64,000 nucleotides of DNA from an uncultured Parolsenella sp. Its GTDB lineage: Bacteria; Actinomycetota; Coriobacteriia; Coriobacteriales; Atopobiaceae. Below are positions 63,813 through 64,000 of this stretch, piece after piece. The DNA lies in NCBI RefSeq assembly GCF_934660935.1, contig NZ_CAKUIH010000005.1, forward strand, positions 107,848 to 171,847, read 5' to 3'. Every line of letters starts with the position of its first letter. The stretch's first letter is position 1. The translations under genes were made by a program, and so were the position numbers. The notes beneath the pieces were generated by a model. That model made no database searches. It saw nothing but the letters and a program-made list of their open reading frames with translations, and was not told where the DNA came from.

Positions 63813-64000
63813 ATGAATCGCACCAAGATTGTCGAGCTCTATCGCAACATGGAGCAGCTTGACGGCAAGACCGTCACCGTCGCCGGCTGGACCAAGTCCG
63901 TCCGCGACATGAAGAACTTCGGCTTCGTCACGCTCAACGACGGCAGCTGCTTCAAGGACCTCCAGGTCGTCATGAACCGCGAAGCCCTCGCCAACTATGA
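63813..64000 (+). CDS. asnS: Asparagine--tRNA ligase, N-terminal OB-fold part (truncated by window edge)
   Basis: RBS AAGGGAGAGA precedes the start. MNRTKIVELY...GKTVTVAGWTKSVRDMKNFGFVTLNDGSCFKDLQVV matches the class IIb anticodon-binding N-terminus and looks most like AsnS. Confidence 0.7.
   Translation, partial: MNRTKIVELYRNMEQLDGKTVTVAGWTKSVRDMKNFGFVTLNDGSCFKDLQVVMNREALANY

Noticed and set aside
1-64000. CRISPR arrays, rRNA genes, transposases or prophage genes
   Set aside because: I saw no regularly spaced direct repeats with unique spacers. None of the credible ORFs show rRNA-like conserved segments or DDE, serine or tyrosine recombinase motifs.

Overview
This is a visibly GC-rich, GC3-skewed chromosomal segment. 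It looks like an anaerobic Actinomycetota genome of the Coriobacteriia type, judging by FprA, LctD-EtfAB, NfnAB, DcuC and the lar genes; this lineage call is inference only. I can support about 55 protein genes, one tRNA-Gln, and several hairpin terminators. I see no rRNA, no CRISPR array and no recognisable transposase or integrase.

Layout:
- 0.3-5.4 kb: minus-strand metabolic genes (carnitine-dehydrogenase-like enzyme, PatB/MalY lyase, DcuC carrier), plus a divergent MarR.
- 6.4-10.6 kb: a giant FtsX-type permease and a DUF3825 gene.
- 11.6-17.4 kb: a translationally coupled TerB-N/TerB-C + DUF2791/BrxD-like ATPase + Lhr-like helicase triad (Shango-like defence module).
- 17.5-20.7 kb: fprA, an MFS transporter and a spermidine-synthase-like gene.
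- 20.9-24.0 kb: mgtA with a small-ORF and terminator leader.
- 24.1-34.8 kb: a dense Ser/Thr-phospho-signalling cluster. It holds a kinase, vWA, PP2C, a Zn-ribbon kinase and a transglutaminase in one operon, plus a divergent FHA protein and a 1061-aa receptor kinase.
- 35-47 kb: housekeeping and redox genes (tRNA-Gln, glmU-prs-pth, NfnAB, LctD-EtfAB, xpt, dCMP deaminase).
- 48-51 kb: an ArsR / HMA / Cd-Zn P-type ATPase module with a clean promoter-operator and a 25-bp perfect inverted repeat.
- 53.8-62 kb: a Nik/Opp-type ABC importer divergent from larE-larB-larC.
- 62-64 kb: TetR, an M19 dipeptidase and the start of asnS.

The two regions most worth follow-up are the expanded TerY-P-like kinase/vWA/PP2C/transglutaminase operon with its FHA and receptor-kinase neighbours, and the Shango-like triad 7 kb away. 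All family calls are motif recognition by eye. No searches were run.
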